A stretch of 64,000 bases of DNA from Ginglymostoma cirratum (Eukaryota). Of this stretch, positions 13,541-26,104 are shown piece by piece. The DNA lies in contig JAHRHZ010000271.1 of assembly GCA_024137785.1 (NCBI GenBank), forward strand, positions 24,069,131-24,133,130. Direction: 5' to 3'. Within the stretch, counting starts at the first letter, position 1; each line of letters opens with the position of its first letter. The notes beneath the pieces were generated by a model that had not been told where the DNA came from, made no database searches, and was given only the letters and a program-made list of their open reading frames with translations. The position numbers were made by a program, and so were the translations under genes.

Positions 13541-14234
13541 AAAAAAGTTCAGAACACTAATTAAGATTTAAACTTCTACCACTAAAAGATACAACTCATG
13601 CACAGAAGGAACAACAGCAATTCAGAGAAATTCAGAATAATATGGAAGTTGTGCTGAAAGGTATTTCACTTTAACAACAACTTGAATTCAAATTATAAAG
13701 TAAATTACTTGCCCTGATAATTTTCACTATCAGCACATTCTACCCTTCACTCCTGTGATCTAACTCAGAGTATATAAAATACACGTAACTATACAAGGCC
13801 AGTTTTCTATAATTCAGACTTTAGTTAATTTGGTACACTGGTATTTCCCGGGACTGATACTTCTTTTGAATTAGCTTTATACAATTTATTTCAAAACAAA
13901 TTTTGATAAGGCATTTCTGTAACAAGTTTCACATCAGCAATTTACAGTAGAAAACACTAATGCCAGTTTATCGTCTCTTGCAGAAAGTTATACTGATCAA
14001 GATTATTTCCTTAAAATCTGTTTCCTGTTTCTAACAAAAGCTCATTCACATCAGTAAATACAGACACTAGCCAATAAACAGGAATTTAAAGGACTTGTAT
14101 CAGTGAGTCTCTAAGATTACTTTACAAGGAGCATCTTAGTACTGTGAATTTAGTCTTTCATTTGCAGTTAAAGTTAGAAATAACAGTCTTCTGTGCACCA
14201 ATTCTTGGTCTTTCATCAGTGATGCTTAAATAGA

Positions 14235-14478
14235 TATAAAAACAAAGAACTGCAGATGCTGTAAATCAGGAACAAAAACAGAAGTTGCTGGAAAAGGTCT
14301 GGCAGCATCTGTGAAGAAAAATCAGAGTTAATGTTTCAGGTCTGGTGACCCTTGCTGAGAATTCGTTGACCTGAATTTAGCACAGAGAACTCACTGCTGG
14401 ACCCGAAGCATTAACTCCGATTCTTCTTCATAGATGCTGCCAGACCTGCTGGGCTTTTCCAGCTACTTCTGTTTCAGT
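14235..14478. mobile_element. Palindromic Penelope-derived short element
   Basis: aaacagaagttgctggaaaaggtctggcagcatct ... agatgctgccagacctgctgggcttttccagctacttctgttt inverted arms; same family as 5984-6235. Confidence 0.8.
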
Positions 14479-14689
14479 CTAAATAGATTTAGTTCTTTGA
14501 AGGCAAGCCAATAACAAATACCATAAAATCAGGCATATTCTCTTGTGTCTAAAAAAAAATCCAATTTCCTGAACTTTACTTCTAAACAGTACACAAAGAA
14601 GAAAAGTACACCATAAAAGTACGAAAGCATTCACAAATACAATTCAAAATAGTACAAGATTACAACAGAACAGAAAGTTTCGGCTTTGT

Positions 14690-15500
14690 TGATTACATGC
14701 AGGGACAAACTGTAAATTTAAGATCCGCTGGCTCAGTCGTATACTTGCAGTCTCTACATTGGGGAAACAAATTGCAGACTGGGTGAATGCTTTGCAGGAC
14801 ACCTACGTCTTGTCTGCAAAAATGACCCTGAACTTCCATTTTACCTGCCACTTTGACACATGTTCCCTGGCCAATATCTGTCTCTCAGGCTTGGTGCAGT
14901 GACGTTCAGCCAAGCTGAAAGAACAGCAGAGATAAAAGGTACTGCAGATGCTGGAGGATCCGAGATAACAAGCATGGGGCTGGATGAACACAGCAGGTCA
15001 AGCAGCATCATAGGAGCAGGAATGCTTGACCTGCTGTGTTCATCCAGCCCCATGCTTGTTATCTCTGAAAGAACAGCACCTCATTTTCTTCTTGGGGACT
15101 CTGCAGCCTTCTGAACTCAATATGGAGTTCAATAATTTTACAGCCTACACATCATCTCCCTTGTCCTTACAACCCGCACCAGGCCTTGTCATCACATGGG
15201 TTGCTCCCACAAACAACCCATTGTCAACTATTAATGATCCCTATTAGCAGTTATTCATTCTCTCAGGCTGACCTTCACTCATTCTTTTCTTCTGCCTGTT
15301 TTTCTCCCCTTCTGGGCTCCATTTCCACTTATCATTTTCTCCTTCACCCTTCCCCACCCTTTCTTTAACAAATATATTAACCTCTTCCTAGTCACTAGCA
15401 GTTCTGAAGAAGGATCACTGGTCCTGAAACATTGACTCTGCTTTCTCTTCACAGATGCTGTGTTTTTCCAGCAACTTGTTATTTTTTTCCAGTCTGAATA
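14690..15500 (+). mobile_element. 3' fragment of a Penelope-like element (GIY-YIG remnant plus terminal repeat)
   Basis: 14752-14808 translates LYIGETNCRLGECFAGHLR; hammerhead motif CTGAAGA...GAAAC at 15404-15430; interrupted by the 14929-15065 insert. Confidence 0.8.
14929..15065. mobile_element. 137-bp hairpin insert with target-site duplication
   Basis: Perfect 43-bp inverted repeat (14962-15004 / 15023-15065) flanked by tgaaagaacagca at 14916-14928 and 15066-15078. Confidence 0.9.
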
Positions 15501-17004
15501 CTCATTACATCTAAGAAAGACGGTTGAAGTCAAAGATGGGAAGGGGAATAGTGTTGGTCGGTTGATAGTGATGTGGCGAGGTGGTTGGATTATTGTAGCA
15601 AGAAAGGAGAGTGAAGAAGCTTCAACATAAAGATCCTAAAATGTAAGAGCTTATTGTGAGGAGCAGCACACCCAATAGTTTTAATATACTGCAAAAATGA
15701 AAATCAATTAACATTCTCAGAATAAATGTCACTACCTTTTCCTCTTACTTCTTCCTTTAGTGTGCCCAGGTCATGGGAAGTAATGATAGTTTGAAAAACA
15801 ATGAGCAAAAGCACCTATACAGCACAAAAACAGGTAATTCAACCTAGAAGATTCATGCAGTGTTTATGTCTCACACAAGTCTCCACCCATCCCCTTCCAT
15901 CTGACCTCATCAACAAATCCTTACATTCCTTTGTTTCATGTGTGCTAATTAAGTTTCCCCCAGAATCCATCTGAGACAGTAAGAAGAGAAAGGCATTTGT
16001 AGAAAGTAAGAACAACACCTGAAGATCCTAGCCTGATAAAGGAAAAAATGAACAGTGTGGAAAAATAACCTTTTGGGGCAAAGTTATTTGTAAAATAGAG
16101 GAAAATTCTACTTAGAACAACAGTACTAAGTGTGAACAAATTTCAGCAGTTGATTAAAACCAGTGAAGCACCAGGCAGAAGTCATTCACAAATTTTAAAA
16201 ATTTACCAACATTTCTGGAGCATTTCAAACACTTAAACGTATCAATTGCTGTTTGTTTATTTCAACTTCCAATGTGAAACACAAGAATCAACATTTGTTT
16301 TGCTGTAATACTAAACTATGACACTCTTACAATCAAGTTAGGTTAGAAGAAATCAGAACAGCCGATTTCATATACTAAGATTACACCAGAAGGTTTTTCT
16401 TTCACTGAAGTGTTTTTTTTTTCAAACTCTGCTCACTATACTGCATATTTGTCAATTAATTTGTTTTTTGCTGTCAATTACTTTGGTTATCTTCTGTCAG
16501 TGAACTACAAACAACATGAGATTTAAAGTGCTACTAGCACTCTCAGTAAATATCTAGATAGAAATGTTCTTTGGTTTCAATTTAAGTCCGATCCATCTCC
16601 ATAACTAAGTAGCCTGTTCTGGGTCATCCTGAAACTGGCCTTGTGGTTAATGAGCCCTAATTTGCAATTTCTTCTTTGATGCAATGAAATAAATGGGTTT
16701 GACAGCCTTTCAGTCTTCACTGAATATTTTTAAACCAACGCAACTCTAACTCATAAAACAAAAATCTCTTTCTGCACTACTCTAAACTGCAAGTATTGCA
16801 GACATAATGTCTCCAGTTCTTTAGCGAAGTAATCCCACTTACTGTTTAACGATCTTGTCTTTCTAACTGTTAAGATCTTATTACAAAATGGACCCAACCT
16901 TTTAAATGCAATAGATGCCAAGCATATTTTGTTTGCATTGATCTAATTTTCTACAATTAAATTTAATTACTGAAACTAAAAACTAATATATCAAAAGACA
17001 TCAA

Positions 17005-17308
17005 TTTGTATGTAGATCTCAAAAGGAGCTGTATCTGTTGTATGGTTAGTGAGGAAACAGTGTTGCGCAGTGCATGAGGAGGAACCCGAGCTTCGTATTG
17101 CCCCTTGCAGTTGAAGCTTTGAGGTCCAGTTCAACAATCAAACAGATTGAAATGTAAAACTGAGACCCTGTTTGGTTGTTGAACTGGACCTCAAAGCTTC
17201 AACTGCGAGAGACAATATGAAGCAGAGATTCCTCCTCATGCTCCACACAACACTGTTGCCTTTCTAACCATTCAACAAATCCAGCTCCTTTTGAGATCTA
17301 TGTGCAAA
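17005..17308. repeat. Long imperfect inverted repeat (141-bp arms, 22-nt spacer)
   Basis: 17005-17145 aligns without gaps to the reverse complement of 17168-17308, with 22 mismatches by manual count. Confidence 0.95.
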
Positions 17309-18660
17309 CTAGTTCCACCGTCAACCTAGACAATATTGATTATACTTTTATTTCTTGATTGTGATGTATTTTGGGATGAGTTGAGGATATGGTAAGGTCC
17401 TTTTTTTTTTAAATTGGAAGCATTTTCAAATAATTTCTTCCACGACAAGTTGGTAACATATTTCAAGAGTATTTTTCAACATGTATTTTCACTAAATTCA
17501 CTCATTTATGGTATTTGTACACAGAGAAAATCTAATCAAAGTGGGTTCTTTAGTCAGTTTTGGATCAAACTATAAAGGCCTTTTTCTTAATAAACTTAGA
17601 TTTGCAAAGCTTTTCTTAAAAAAAATCATAATCAGTTTAGTCTAAAGCTAAAGCTCCTTTATTTGGTAATTAGAGCACAATATCATAATTCTCAATAAAA
17701 ATTGTAAATTTTGATACTTGGCTGAACTATTAAGACAGGCTTCAAGTGATTCAGAAAGGTACACTCCTCTGCTCGAACAATTGTGTTGTCCCACAGCTGC
17801 CCTAGCCAAAGACCAATGCAACGTGCCCTCATATAGCAGAAAAGACTTAATAAAGAACAACTCAGTTCATTCTAGTTTGGAGAGCCACCAACATAATACC
17901 CATACAGTTTCTGCACAGACATTCTGAATTGTTAATGGTACACTGAAATGTGGTGTCATTGGCTGACTAAGAATGTTGTCTATTTTGGTGGAGATGACGA
18001 ATTAGGAGTAAGAAACTGAAGGAGATGTTCCAGTAAGGCAGCCGTAAAATTGCACTACAATTTTGACCATGAATACATTCATACAAAAGCTCTTAACTGC
18101 TAATTTGAAAAATGAAACCCATTTATTTTAAATGGACTAATGATATTATTATACAGAACAACCTCATTTATACAATTACAATTTATTTTTAAAAAAACCT
18201 TTATTTTTGTGTTTTGCGAACATGTATAAATCTGCTAAAAATGCTGCAGTACACAGACAATAAGCACACCATTGTGCATTCATCCATATTGCGCTAACTG
18301 TTACCAAAGCTATTGTTAATTCTGGTCACCCACTTGGGCACAACAATCAATTTGTATTAAATCAAAACTCCAAGTCAAATAATCAGCAGAAAACTTCCCT
18401 GAAAATCTGATGACCTAAAATAGGCCACTCCAATAACAAGAAAGGATAACATTGGCAGGGGAATCCGAATAGCCAAAGCAATTCAAACTTATTGTTTTTT
18501 TAATGTCCTTAAAATAATATCGTTCAGCACTCATTTTAACAACATATCTCTGGCTTTTGTGTCAAGTTGCAAATTCCACAGAGGGAGTGAGGCGAATAAG
18601 TGAGCAAAACGGAAATTCTTACTTTTCTGTAACAGATTTCTTTTATACCTTGAGAAAGGG

Positions 18661-18670
18661 CCAAATATGG
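18661..18670. promoter_or_regulatory. Consensus CArG box (SRF site) in the first intron of the M20 transcript
   Basis: CCAAATATGG = CC(A/T)6GG; function inferred from position only. Confidence 0.3.
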
Positions 18671-20869
18671 ACAGCACTGGTAACAATTTATCCACTCTCT
18701 CCCTTTTTACATCTGGACTGGTCTAATTTAAATTGTCAATTAAGAAGAGACAACTTTAGTAATTATTTTTAAATCTATGGTGTTAGGAAATTACCAATTT
18801 TCACTGGAGACTTTCCATCTCAAAAATGTGCTTTGACAAGTCTGATTCAGCTAGTGACAATTATTTCTGCAATTTGATTTGGCAGAATGGGTAACAACTT
18901 GCAGGGCCAAAGTAGTACAAAAGCATTTGGTTATACTCCTCCACTTTCATTACTGCCCAGTATGTGAATACGTCCAACTGACAGACCATTATCTACTCAG
19001 TATTTTTAATGTTAAAGCTCCTTTATGGTATATATTAGAAACAAAACAGCATCTCTTAGTTATATAAACGAGCCACTTAATGCCTCACTTATGATTGCTG
19101 CATACAACAACTAAATCTGAAGAGAAGCCGAAGTCAAAGCTGGTCATTGACTGAACTGAAAACTTTAATATGTCAGTGTGACTATAATGTTTAAGTTGCC
19201 TTACTTTTGACTTAACAATAGAATCTAATAGTTCTGTGTGCTCATTATTATATTTACCAAACTTATTACAGTAGATAAATGAGCTGCACCAATATTAATA
19301 ATTCTACATTGAATTCATAAAACACCAAAGTTTAAATTAAAAATTGTTGAGTATAGAAGACTTAAATGAAGAAATATAGGATTAATTAAAAACTAAGTTT
19401 TAAAAAAATAGTAATTCCACTGTTTGGGCGGTAATCCATTGTAAGGGGGTAGAATGGAGGGAAAGAAAGGAAGAAATAGTTAATTAAGTGGAAAGAAGTG
19501 GAAGGCTGTGTGCGAGAGAACTAACACAAACATCAGAACTGATTCTACTTACAGCTGAGTTACCTACTCTCATGCTCATGATTACCAACTGGATGAAAAG
19601 GTACTGCGCCTGGCTGCAATGATCATATTGAATAAGAAACCCTCCAACATTCACAATCCATTTTCATACAAATGGGACTGCCACTTAGTTTGTGCACCTC
19701 AAGGCAGTTGGTGGCCACAAAATCTCGAATTTTATTTTGGCTAATGACCGACACCATGTTTTAGTGGTGTCTGAAATGTAATTCTTTGTCAGATGAATGT
19801 TTTAAAATTGGCACGTTTAGTGCATGCGGCATCCCTTGAATATCAAAAATACTTTGAACTTCAATTCATAAACAATGCCATCATCCACATCGGTAAAGAA
19901 TGAAATTATACAATAACTAAAGGCAACATGGAATTATCAATTGGGTGTAATGCATCAAAATCCCTTGATTTGACAAAGTACAGTTTCCATGAAGACGAAA
20001 ACTTTTCTTCAAACATCCTTGATAAAATTAATGTACAGTTGCTGCAATAATTTCCCTTCCATTTAATCAAGATTTCTTTCAGACTGTTAGTTGGTATTCC
20101 AGGCTGTGTTTGTTTGGCAAGTTTTGCCTGGGCCCCAAACTCCACTTTTTCATGCACATTAAACTGCAGAATATCTGCTCCACAACAGCTGTTGCTAATT
20201 ACAAAGGACTTCCACAACAACCTCCCACAAACTGTTCCTGTATATACTTAAAGAGACCACACAATCAGATTTGGGATCAACTGAAGCTAGTTAAGACTAC
20301 TATTAAACAATAATAAAACATCACTATTGGCTTTTTCACCCTATTAGCCACCCTGCTATACATTTAATATGCAGATCAAGAGCCTGGGGCATACATATAT
20401 GCCACTGCTAAAAACAGATGGAAACATGAGTTCAGCTTTTTAATGCAACATTGAACAGAGCAATACAAGTTGCACTTTAAAAAAAATTGGGAAGTATACA
20501 AAAAAATACATTTGACTATCACAATTGCTACTATTTGTATGCTTCTAAATCATTCAGTCCATTTGTCAAAATTAGGAATTGTAACAACAGAGTTAATCAG
20601 AGGGAGAGCAAGTTTCAGTTGTTTTTTTTCTTGAATGTATATTTAACTTCAAAATGAGATCTCAATTCATATTTTGCTTTTTTCTAAAACACTCAAAAAC
20701 ACAAAACTGTCAAATAGAAAACGGAGGATTTTCAAGCTTCTACATGCATTCCATGGGTCAGGATTTTAAAAATCCTACCACCTACAAATGACATTACTTG
20801 CTGCATTGTTGTTAGGCCTCTTTTAATACCATATCACAGCATTAAAATTAAAGTCAGTGATTTTCTTAC

Positions 20870-20971
20870 TCTGAATGTCTTGCTTGTGGGTGAAGGTGAA
20901 CAAGGTGGTGTCTCTTGCTGCGGTTTCTTGTTCCTCATCAGATCCTTATTCCTAGAATACAGCGCTGACAT
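20870..20971 (-). CDS. PPP1R12B: Alternative first coding exon of the small subunit M20/M21: [34 protein letters not shown]
   Basis: ATG at 20971 with A at -3, upstream in-frame TAG at 21016-21014, phase-0 donor AGA|gtaaga in frame with the 8156 microexon; 20/34 identical to the recalled mammalian sm-M20 N-terminus. Confidence 0.9.
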
Positions 20972-22129
20972 AGTTACCAAATCCAAAGAGTTCAAGAACT
21001 GATGGATACTGTACTATATTTACTTTTCCGAGCAAGATTTTTTTCTATGTTCAAACACGTTGCCTTCAGAACTGATTTTCCGTGTCCAAAGCTGCAATTG
21101 TTGAGATTTGCTTTACAAAAGTGCAGATTGACAGGCAATATGAAAATAGAGCTGTTAGACGAATTGTTGGTCTTCAAGCTGAGATCTGTTCTTGTTTAGC
21201 TGGATCAAGAGCTCAGCACATTTAAAAAGAAACAGAGGAAGGCATCAAATAAATCCCAAAGGAGTCTTTCAAAACACCAAGCCACAACAAAGCGGTTTTC
21301 AATTTACCTGAACTGCATCATAAGACGAAAATGAGACAGTCATCAAAACATGATCGTTCATTTTGAAACTTTGTACAGTTCAAGGGGTGGAGCGCTTCTT
21401 GATGATGTATTAATACAGATAAGTTTCATTTTGTTCTCATTGCCTTAGCTGGGCTGCTTCACGCACTGCTTTCTTTCGGCATGTCAATTTTTTTCTGACT
21501 TGAACAGGAATGCTGGAATGAAGCCAAAGGCATCATTCGCTTTCAGCTGGGAATTAGTGATTTTTTTCCTCTGAGGAAGAAACTCTTTAAAAATTCTTTA
21601 TCAGACATCTGGATTTAACAAGGAAGCCAGTACTTTAGAACATAGGAATTCTTGGATTTACACAACATCGAACAACATCACAAATTCACTTTTGGAATGA
21701 CCTGCCCATCATTCTATTTAAACCAATCTCTCAATACAACAAACTTCATTCGGAAACAATGAACTACTTGGTATAACTAAGTGGTCCATGCCAATAGTTT
21801 CATGATACAGACATGATTATTTATTTCAACTGGTTACTTTAGTTGAAACTTTGGCTATAAATACTTTTTTCCAAAATAACTTCTGCTTTTTTCTCATCAC
21901 AAAGAGACTACTTGGTTTAACAACAACCACAGTGAAAAGCAGAGTGGAATTTTACAAAATTTGCATTCTGAACAATTCTTTTAGTAAGGTATTAGATTGG
22001 ATTCGTAGCTAGATTATATTAGTATTAACTATTAGGATTATTCACAGATTGAATATTGTATATTCTTTAAAAGCAGGGACGGCAAATGGCCCCAAAATAA
22101 TAATCTTTAGTTTTGTCCTCAGCACAGTT

Positions 22130-22860
22130 CCACCGTAACTAGTAACGTATACTTTCCTGTTGCATTTGATCTCTCAAAATGCATCATCGTCCACATATCC
22201 CTCAAGTAGCCATCCAAGTTGATAGGGTTCTTAACAAGGCGTATGGTGTACTGGCTTTCATTGGCAGGGAATTGAGTTTAAGAGTCGCAAGGTTATGCTG
22301 CAGCTCTAAAACCCTGGTTAGGGCACGCTTGGAATATTGTGTTTAGTTTTTGTTGCCTCATTATAGGAAGGATGTGGAAGCTTTAGAGAGGGTGCAGAGG
22401 AGATTTACCAGGATGCTGCCTGGACTGGAGGGCAAATCTTATGAGGAAAGGTTGAGGGAGCTAGGGCTTTTCTCATTGGAGCGAAGGAGGATGAGAGGTC
22501 ACTTGATAGAGGTGTACAAGATGATGAGACTCATGGATAGAGTGTATAGCCAGAGACTTTTTCCCAGGGCAAAAATGACAATTACGAGGGGGCAAAGTTT
22601 TGAGATGACTGGAGGAAGGTATTGGGGAGATGCCAGAGGCGGGTTGTTTACACAGAGAGCGGTGGGTGCATGGAATGCGCTACTGGCAGCGGTAGTGGAG
22701 TCAGATACATCAGGGATATTTAAGCGACTCTTGGATAGGCACATGGATGGTAGTAAAATGAAGGGTATGCAGGGTAGTCTGATCTTTGAGTAGGAAACTA
22801 GGTTGGTACAACACTGTGGGCCAAAGAACCTGTACTGTGCTGTACTGTTCTGTGTTCTCA
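22130..22860 (+). mobile_element. 5'-truncated CR1 LINE with a short inverted 5' piece
   Basis: ORF 22350-22793 PHYRKDVEALERVQRRFTRMLPGL...; tail gtactgttctgtgttct; 22130-22190 is upstream CR1 sequence in opposite orientation. Confidence 0.9.
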
Positions 22861-23004
22861 GATGTTTGAGGTGATGCATTTAGGTGTGAAGAGTATTGAA
22901 AGATGATATAATTTTCAGTAAAATAAAGTGATATTTACATTGAAAAAAATTTGTTTTTAAAACGCAGCAAATTAGAATTGAACAAAAGTTAACTGCACAA
23001 CAGA

Positions 23005-24330
23005 ATCACAGAAGTGTTACAGCACAGAGCCGGCTATTTGGCTCATCATCTCACATTAACTTCCCAAATAAACATCATGACTTCCTGGTCCTTATACGAA
23101 TGGAAACAGTTTGTCCTTATTTACGCTACCTAGGCTTCTTCATTTTTGAAACCGGTTATCAGATTTCCTCTTAGGTTTCTTTTCTCCGAGAAGAACAATC
23201 CCAACTTCTTCAATCTATGCTTGTAACTGAAACCTCTCATCTCTGAAACCACCCTTGTAAAGTGTGGGACCCAGGACTGCACACAAGCTGGAGGTCTAAC
23301 AGGTGTTGTATACAAGTTCAGCATAACCTCTTTGCTATTGTGCTCCATGCACCCATTAATAAAGCCCAGGATACCGCACATTAACTGCTCTCAACACCTG
23401 TCTTACCATATTCAAATGAGTTGGACACAAAACACTTCGGTCACTCTGCTCCTGCACTTGGGTATTGCATTGCAATCCTAAAGCAAAAGCATTACCTCCA
23501 ACTTCTGAGGTGATGCATTTTGAGAGATCAAAAGGAACAAGAAAATATACAGTAAATGGTAGCTATCTTAGGAACATCAAAAAACAGAAAGATCTTGGAG
23601 TGCAAAGTCATAGTTCCCTGAAAGTAGCCAAACAAATGAATCAGGTGGTAAACAAGGCAGATGGCATGCTTGCCTTCATCAGCTGGGACACGGAGGATAA
23701 AAGTTGGTATGTCATATTGCAACTGTATCAAACTTTAATTAGGTCACATTTGGAGCATCGTGTGACAACTAGGACTGCTCACAATGGGAAGGATGTGGAA
23801 GCTTTGGACAGACTGCAAAACAGAATTTACCAGGATGATGCCTGGATTGCAGTGAAGTAACCAATCTTTGAAATTGTCCCTGTACAACAAGATCTAGATC
23901 ATGAATATATAGCAGGAAGAGCAAGGATCCACCCCTGGGGAGCTCGACTAAACATCTTCCTCCAGCTCCAAAAAGATCCATTGACCATGACTTGGTTTCC
24001 TGTTACTCCCAATTTTGTTATCACTTTGCGACTGTCCCTTTTATTTCATTAATCTCTATTCTTTTCCCACAAGTCTGTCAATGTGTCACTGCACTGAACA
24101 GCTTCTGGAAGTCCTTGCACACCATAATCAACAACATAATCTTTGTCCACCCTTTGTTATCTCTTCAAAAAAAAGACTCCAGCAAGTTAGTTAAACAATA
24201 TTTTCCCTACAGAAATCTATGCTGTCTCTTCGTAGTCAACCCAACTTCTTCCACATGATTCTATTCTAAAATAATTGTTTCTAGAAGCTTCCCCACCACT
24301 GAAGTTAAACTGACTGGTCTTTCATCTTTC
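23005..24330 (-). mobile_element. Decayed CR1 LINE (minus) interrupted by a plus-strand CR1 fragment at about 23505-23860
   Basis: Minus ORF 23130-23381 (GILGFIN...EVMLNLYTT...LKKLGLF) and plus ORF 23465-23860 (KDLGVQSHSSLKVA...GMLAFIS). Confidence 0.8.
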
Positions 24331-25971
24331 TTAAACTGAAAAAAACAGAGCAAAAGACTGCAGCTTCGTTAGATGAATGTAGTATGGTCAAATTTGGAAA
24401 GAGCTTCAAATTTAAGTAGGCTATAAAGTTCCTTTTTTGAAAGAAAGGAAACAAAATCATTGCTTCATCAAAAATAATAGTTTTCAAACTTTTACCACTT
24501 AGATTATGCATGAGATGATTCATACTCCAAAAATGATACATCTCAATATCCCTTATTAATTCACTGTTTCTTATGATAAGACATGGTCGCATACCTGTTA
24601 AACTCAATCTTTTCCTCGAAGCAAAGTATTTATACACCAACAATTCTGTAAAAACAGTGAACATCTGCTGCATAGCATCAAAAAAAAAAACTCTGATCCT
24701 ACCTCTACAGATGGATTTCAAATCAGTAATCAATAATTATTTTCTAATAGCAAATGCAAAAGGATGGATTTCCAAATACTATGGTCCAAACTTACATGAC
24801 CAAACAAGTCAAGGAAATTATCATAAAGATAATGTCCACTTTGACTTCTCTCTTTGAACACTATCAGACAGTATTCATGCTACACTCACATACTCCCTTG
24901 ATTTATTGAATGGCAATGCTGGATCTGAGGATATTTAGGGTCACTGGAAAGTACACAGTGGAAAACTGAACCCTTTGAAATATAAACAAATGACCATAAC
25001 ACCTGGGTTTGAAATATAAAGATCTGTAGTAACATTTAAAATGAAAACTGAATATGTGCTTGAAAAGAAAAAAAACTGCAGGGCTATGAAGAAGCAGCAG
25101 AGGATTGTAACAAGCTGGGTTAGCTGTTTAGAAGGCCAGCACAGTCACAATAGGCTAAATAGGCTACTCCTGTGCTGTACAATACCAAAATTTATTGATC
25201 ACCAACTTGGTTTCTTTGAAAAAAACAAATTATCCTGCATTCTGATAAAACTTCCCTTTAGGGAAACAAACTATCAGTTGATATGCTGTAGACCTCCAAG
25301 CAATATATTATGGCAAACAACAAACAAGCTTTTGACTGCATTAAAATTATTTCAGAATGGTAAGTAGAAGTTGAATCCTTCCCCCCACGCCCCCAAATAC
25401 AATATATACATACTTCAAAGGTCTTAGATACAAGGTAATAAAAATTACATTTGAATCATGAGTTAGATACAAGTTGGCCAGTGATCTGTCAAATGTTGCA
25501 CGAGTTGTGTACCCAACAACACAAAGCCAGGTAATCCGCTTTGTGCGTGCATCTAAGATATTAAAATAATTATCACTTGGACTCGAGGTTTATTTGGAGA
25601 TTTTAAGTCAAGAAGAATACTGATCTGTTCAGCAAAGGGGTACTAACATTAGTTTACAAATTCAATGATGGAGAAGTTCAATAAGGCATGGAAAGGTATA
25701 GCAACGCACAGTCAACCCATGTCAGTTAGTTCTAATGCAGGGAACGCACAAATTTATTGTTGAATTACTGCAAATTTGAGAGGTGCTGGCCCACAAAGCT
25801 CAGATACCCCTTCTAAATGATGAGGTACGCTTCGAATGGAGCGGGTATTAGAATTGTTGCAGGAAGTGCTAAATCATACTATGGCAGACAAAAGCTCTAG
25901 GATTTTGAGAAGTTGCAGGAAATAACTCGATTGAGCAGATGCACAAAAGGAATCACGTTTCAGGAGAGAAG

Positions 25972-26104
25972 GTGTTTCTGAAGAAGGGTCCAGACCCGAA
26001 ATGTCAGCTTTCCTGCTCCTTTGATGCTGCTTGGCCTGCTGTGTTCATCCAGCTCTACACCTTGTTATCTCAGATTCTCCAGCATCGGCAGTTCCTACTA
26101 TCTC
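25972..26104 (+). mobile_element. 133-bp Penelope-derived insert starting at a hammerhead motif, with 12-bp TSD
   Basis: CTGAAGA a GGGTC ca GACCC GAAAT GTC at 25978-26005; tcaggagagaag at 25960-25971 and 26105-26116. Confidence 0.85.
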
